This document shows, in pieces, positions 59,437 to 64,000 of a stretch of 64,000 nt of DNA. Positions within the stretch are counted from its first letter, which is position 1. Each line of letters opens with the position of its first letter. Source of the DNA: Azolla caroliniana (taxonomy: Eukaryota > Plantae > Polypodiophyta). Position numbers and translations under genes: made by a program. Below the pieces are notes generated by a model. It made no database searches and was not told where the DNA came from. It saw nothing but the letters and a program-made list of their open reading frames with translations. The stretch covers positions 6,200,001 to 6,264,000 of the forward strand of contig JBHGNT010000007.1 of the NCBI GenBank assembly GCA_043228905.1, in the 5' to 3' direction.

Positions 59437-61476
59437 ATGGAGGCTCAACAAGCTAACAATATGATGGCGATGTTCGAACGGATGCTTCAAGAACAACGCA
59501 CGATGTCGGAGATTTCGGCATCAGTAGAGCGGCTCGTGCAACGCAACGGGCAATTTAATGGTAAGGATGTGTCGCGATATTTGCAGGACTACAAGGCGGA
59601 GATGCTCCGGTGCCGGGCTTCGGAAGGACTGCAAGTGACATCCTTTAACCGGGTGGCGACCGACGGGCTTCAAGGGAGTATCCACGGGTTGCAACAACAA
59701 AATCCGACGTGGGAAGCATTCGAAGAGGCGTTAAAGACCACGTTTGCCATCGAGGACTCCTCCAAGGCAACGCGGAGGGGATTCGAGGATTGGGTGGAAA
59801 CGTCAGGTAAGGGGCTGAAGGTCCTCGAAGTGTTTTCGACATTCGAAAGTCGGTTCGGGAGGTTGTCCGCGAGAGATCAAACTATTCTTGCACCGGACAA
59901 AGTCATCATGTTTTTGCGAGCTGTGGACGTCCGGGACCGGAAAGATCTCGGAGTGCTTCTTGAGGACACGACCACCGAAAGCAGCCTCACCGAAACATGG
60001 GAAAGCGTGCGGGATATCGTCGCGCGGTACACGAAGAGGGGGCAATGACTTGCCAACGAAGAAAAGAGGGTTTCGGAACCGATTCCGAAACTGAGAACGG
60101 GACTGGAAGACCATCAACCGAGGGCTCGGGAGATTACGGCCGAGAAGGGAGTCGACGCGTCTACGGTGGAGCAGCTGCTGAAGGAGATGGAGAATCTAAA
60201 GATCGCGATGGTGAAGAAGTCGGATGACCGCCCCACAAGCTCCAAATATACGGATCGACGGTGCATATGGTGCGATAGCGCCGAACACGATCGGAGGGAT
60301 TGCGACGACCATAAGGAGGCGCTACGACGGGATCTCATCTACTACGAGGGAAACCGGATTCATTCGATGGACTCTCGGAAGCCACTCCGACCGAACTTCC
60401 GGAAAGGCGGCATGAAGAAGGTGCTCGAGGAGGAGTTAGCGGCAAGAAGCAACTATGCGACAACCGCGGGAATATGTGTCGGGGAGTCATCGGGAGCGAA
60501 GGCGTCTTTCTGGCCGGAGGTGCTAGGAAACACCGAGAAAACTGACTCCAACGATATCCGAAACACCGCGGAAGGCGTCCGGGAAGCTACGGGATGGGAG
60601 TGCCCTGTCGACAAGAATAGCATATACGCCCTGTGTCAATTACATGAGGTGTATGTGGACGAGAAACGACGACGCATGGAGGATGCGGCCGGACCATCGA
60701 AGATACCGGAAAGCTGGAACTCCGGAGGTAAGGGAAAAGAAAAGGCGACTCCGGCATTCAAGCTCGCCTCGGACATAGAACAACAAACCGACTTGAAAAG
60801 AGTGTTCGAGGAAAGAATCTTGGATAGCCGGGTAGATTTTTCGCTGCGGGAACTACTTGGAATAGCGAAGAAGGAGTTTCACGATCTTCTCGTGGATCTC
60901 GTAAAAAGGAAGAGACAAAGTACGGAGGAAAATGCTCCAAGGGTGAATGCAAATACCGTTTCAATGAACGACACCGAAGTGGAAGGCGAAATTCCGAACT
61001 CCCACTATACATGGCCACACTGGGCACGTGCGACTACGGAGACTCCGGTCCGAATCGGCAACATCAAAGAACCCGTGCTAGCATTGATTGATCACGGATC
61101 GGAGATCAACTTGATGTCCAAGGAGTTCTACCGAAAGGGGAAGTGGCCTATAAACACCAACCATGGATGGAAGATTCGGGCAGCCACGAAAACGACAGAA
61201 GACCTATTTGCGGCTTGTCCGGATGTGACGGTAAAGATCGGGGATGTCGAAATTGACCAAAATTTCTTTGTGCAGGATGAGGTTTTACATTCTGTCATCC
61301 TCGGCCAACCCTTTATCACGGCTTCACGGATGGAGACGAAGGTGCTCGATAGTGGTGCGGCTTTTGCGCGAATTCGGAGCCAAAACGGAGGGAAATCCGT
61401 ACAATTCCTAACGGTGCCGGCAAATCACGAAAGGAACAAGAGGGAACTCTTGTCCCAAGTGAGAATGGATTTTTAA
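59437..61476 (+). pseudogene. gag: J gag-protease with one stop at 60046 (probably TGG>TGA)
   Basis: Two in-frame ORFs; CIWCDSAEHDRRDC and LIDHGSEIN. Confidence 0.88.
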
Positions 61477-61531
61477 AGCGGACTGTTGCGGAGTGGGGAA
61501 GTGATAGTCTGAGAAGCCCTGATACCCCACA
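61467..61531 (+). promoter_or_regulatory. Predicted -1 frameshift signal (J)
   Basis: G GAT TTT TAA; stems CGGACTGTT/GATAGTCTG and GTGGGG/CCCCAC; the -1 frame is open into pol. Confidence 0.75.
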
Positions 61532-64000
61532 CAGGAAGAAAACTCCCGGAGCAAAACAAGTACGAATCGGCCCGGATGGGGCATCTACGTACACGGCCGT
61601 AACCGGAGGAATGAAGAAACAATACCGACAAGTGGAGGATAAGTTACGGTCGGCATCAATAATAAAAGAAGACGAAGAAATCGTGGGAGTGATCGAGGAA
61701 GTGTTCTATGGGAATACACTACAACGGCTTGAAGAGCTTGCGGAAGATAAAAGCCAAGGGAACCGGGTAGTCCCGGTGGAATCGGTCGAGATGTACGAGA
61801 TCGTTGCGAAAATGGGGCCGGATGCGCTCCGCAAAGAAGAAGCAATGGTAAGTACGAAATACAAGACCGTGGAGAAGAAGGTGAAACCGGCCGCGGGACC
61901 ACTACCCGCCGATAGCGAACAAAAGAAGAAAGAAGTCTCGGGAGATCCGACACTTCGGAAGTCCGTGGATATCGGACATGCCTTCACAGATGAGACCCGG
62001 AAGAAACTTCGGATCGGTGGAGGTGGGTTCCTCTTACAAGAAGAAAAAAAACGGTTTCGAGAGATGTTGGAGCAACATGGCAAAGCATTCGCGTTCACAT
62101 CGAGGGAGATCGGATGCATTGATCCAAAGATAGTGGAGCCGATGGTGATTTTCACGATTGATCATGTACCGTGGAACCTGAAGCCGATTCCGGTGCCACG
62201 GGCGCATATTCCGAAAGTCATCGACTTGCTCAAGGAGAAGGTGGCGATGGGGATTCTAGAGCCATCAAGTGCTCCGTACTCAAATCGATGGTTTACGGTT
62301 CCGAAGAAGAATGGGTCACTCCGATTCATCCAAGACTTGCAACCAGTGAACAAGGTCACGATCCGGAACTCGGGAGTCGGTCCGATAGTGGACGAATTCG
62401 CGGAAGCTTTTGCCGGACGTGCGATATACTCCATCGGGGACCTATACTCGGGGTATGACCAATTCCAACTAGCCGTGGAGAGCCGAGACATCACTACCAT
62501 GCGGACACCGATAGGACTAGTTCGAATGTGCACACTACCACAAGGAGTGACAAACTCGGTTGCACATATGATGAACGCGATGAACAAGGTGCTTCGAGAT
62601 TGCATCCCGGAGATAACGATGCCGTTTCTAGATGACATTCCGATGAAAGGATGCGCGGTGGAAGAAAAAGATGAGACTATGGATGATCGGGGATGCCGAA
62701 AGTTCGTGGTCGACCATATTCATGATTGCGAGAAAGTGTTGCGAAAGCTAGAAGATGTGCACCTAACACTTTCCGGGGAGAAATCGGCATTCGGGCAAGA
62801 AGAAATATTGGTGGTCGGACATCTATGTGGACCCTACGGCCGAAGACCGTCACCAACAAAGGTCGATGCGATTCAAGCTATGAAGGAAGTATGTGAGTCA
62901 ACATCGGAAGTCCGAAGGTTTCTGGGTGCGTGTGCATTCTATCACATATGGATTCCGCACTATGCACATATAGCAGACCCGCTCTATCACTTGTTGCGGA
63001 AAGGTAAGAAATTCGAGTGGAAACCGGAACACACTAAAGCCATGAGGAAGCTCAAGAAGACACTATGGAGGGCGGAATCACTTAAGAAGCCAAGCTACGA
63101 GCGGCCAATCATAGTAACGGTTGATACAAGTCCAACCGGTATCGGGTGGGTCATCAATCAAGCCGACTCGGATGGTTCGCGGTATCCGATCCGATTTGGA
63201 GCAAAGGTCCTCAACGAAAGGCAACGCGGATATGCACAAGTCAAAAGAGAATTGTGGGGAGTCGTGTCGGCGATAAAATCGGATTGGGATTATTTGATCG
63301 GAGCTGAAGTGGTGGTCGAGACGGATTGTCTTCCGATACTCGGGATGATGCGGTGTTGTACGATACCGGATGTGGCTATGCTAAGGTGGATTGCATATGT
63401 CAAGTCACTTAATCCGGAGGTTCGACACATCTCGGGGAAGGACAACGCGGTAGCGGACATGTTATCGAGGGCGCGGTTTGAAGACGACATGACCGAATCA
63501 GATAATGAAGAAGTTTCCGAAGACTACTTCACGTCAGAACACATATGCCGAGTGAACGTGATCCGAGAATTCCGGGAAGAAGAATACGAGGGGGAAACCT
63601 TGATGATCGGGAAGATGCTACAAGAGGTCGAGGATTCAACCAATGATAAAGAAAGGAGAGCCGAGATCCGAAGGAAGAAGAGGCAAGTCCAAAAGTTCTT
63701 CTTGGAAAACGGGTTAATATGGAGGACGCTGAAAAGACCGGATGGGATACCACTTCGAGTAGTCGGGACGAAAGAGCAACGAAACCGGATAATGTCCGAG
63801 TTCCACGAATCCGATTGGGCTGGACAACGAGGAACATGGGCAACTTTTGTGAAAATCAAGCAAAGATATTGGTGGAAGAACATGTATAAAGATGTCGCGG
63901 AGTTCACAGAAAGCTGCGAGAAATGTCAAGTCTACTCCGGGGTCCGACACCGAGATGAGCTGCATCCGACATTCTCACCGACAATCAACTTCAAGTGGAT
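61467..64000 (+). CDS. pol: J pol (RT, RNase H, start of IN), apparently open to the window end
   Basis: The -1 frame was read by hand from the slippery site and spot-checked later. It carries DLYSGYDQF, FLDD, VDTS and ETDC. It is absent from the ORF track, consistent with having no stop in the window. Confidence 0.85.

Larger units (their letters stand above)
58639..64000 (+). mobile_element. Ty3/gypsy element J, runs off the window end
   Basis: 5' LTR 58639-59398, left flank GCGC, PBS, gag-pro and pol. Confidence 0.93.

Noticed and set aside
60046-60048. Programmed stop readthrough in J gag
   Set aside because: The homologous codon is TGG in G1 and B (RRQW, RREW), so this is a G>A mutation.

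Overview
The window is a nested cluster of LTR retrotransposons from a land-plant genome, probably a non-seed plant (inferred from element type). I found no host genes, rRNA or CRISPR. It contains five Tnt1/Tork-like Ty1/copia elements, labelled A, C, D, E and F; the four resolvable ones have a tRNA-iMet PBS and 5-bp TSDs, and C is nearly intact. It also contains about ten copies or fragments of a non-chromoviral Ty3/gypsy group with a tRNA-Trp PBS, 4-bp TSDs and TGTCGT...ACGACA-type ends, including gag-only non-autonomous elements and solo LTRs. Main points: (1) four different gypsy LTR families carry a homologous, antisense, tRNA-derived Pol III A/B-box cassette in U3; (2) a GGAUUUU-type slippery site plus a covarying H-type pseudoknot predicts a -1 frameshift between protease and RT; (3) gypsy insertions prefer CpG-centred RCGY sites, and one LTR family carries a dense array of such sites; (4) a ~3.8-kb inversion crosses two nested copia elements; (5) the protease has a D-H-G motif and the PBS is offset 4-8 nt from the LTR. 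Element letters are my own labels. All coordinates were read by eye and may be off by a few bases.
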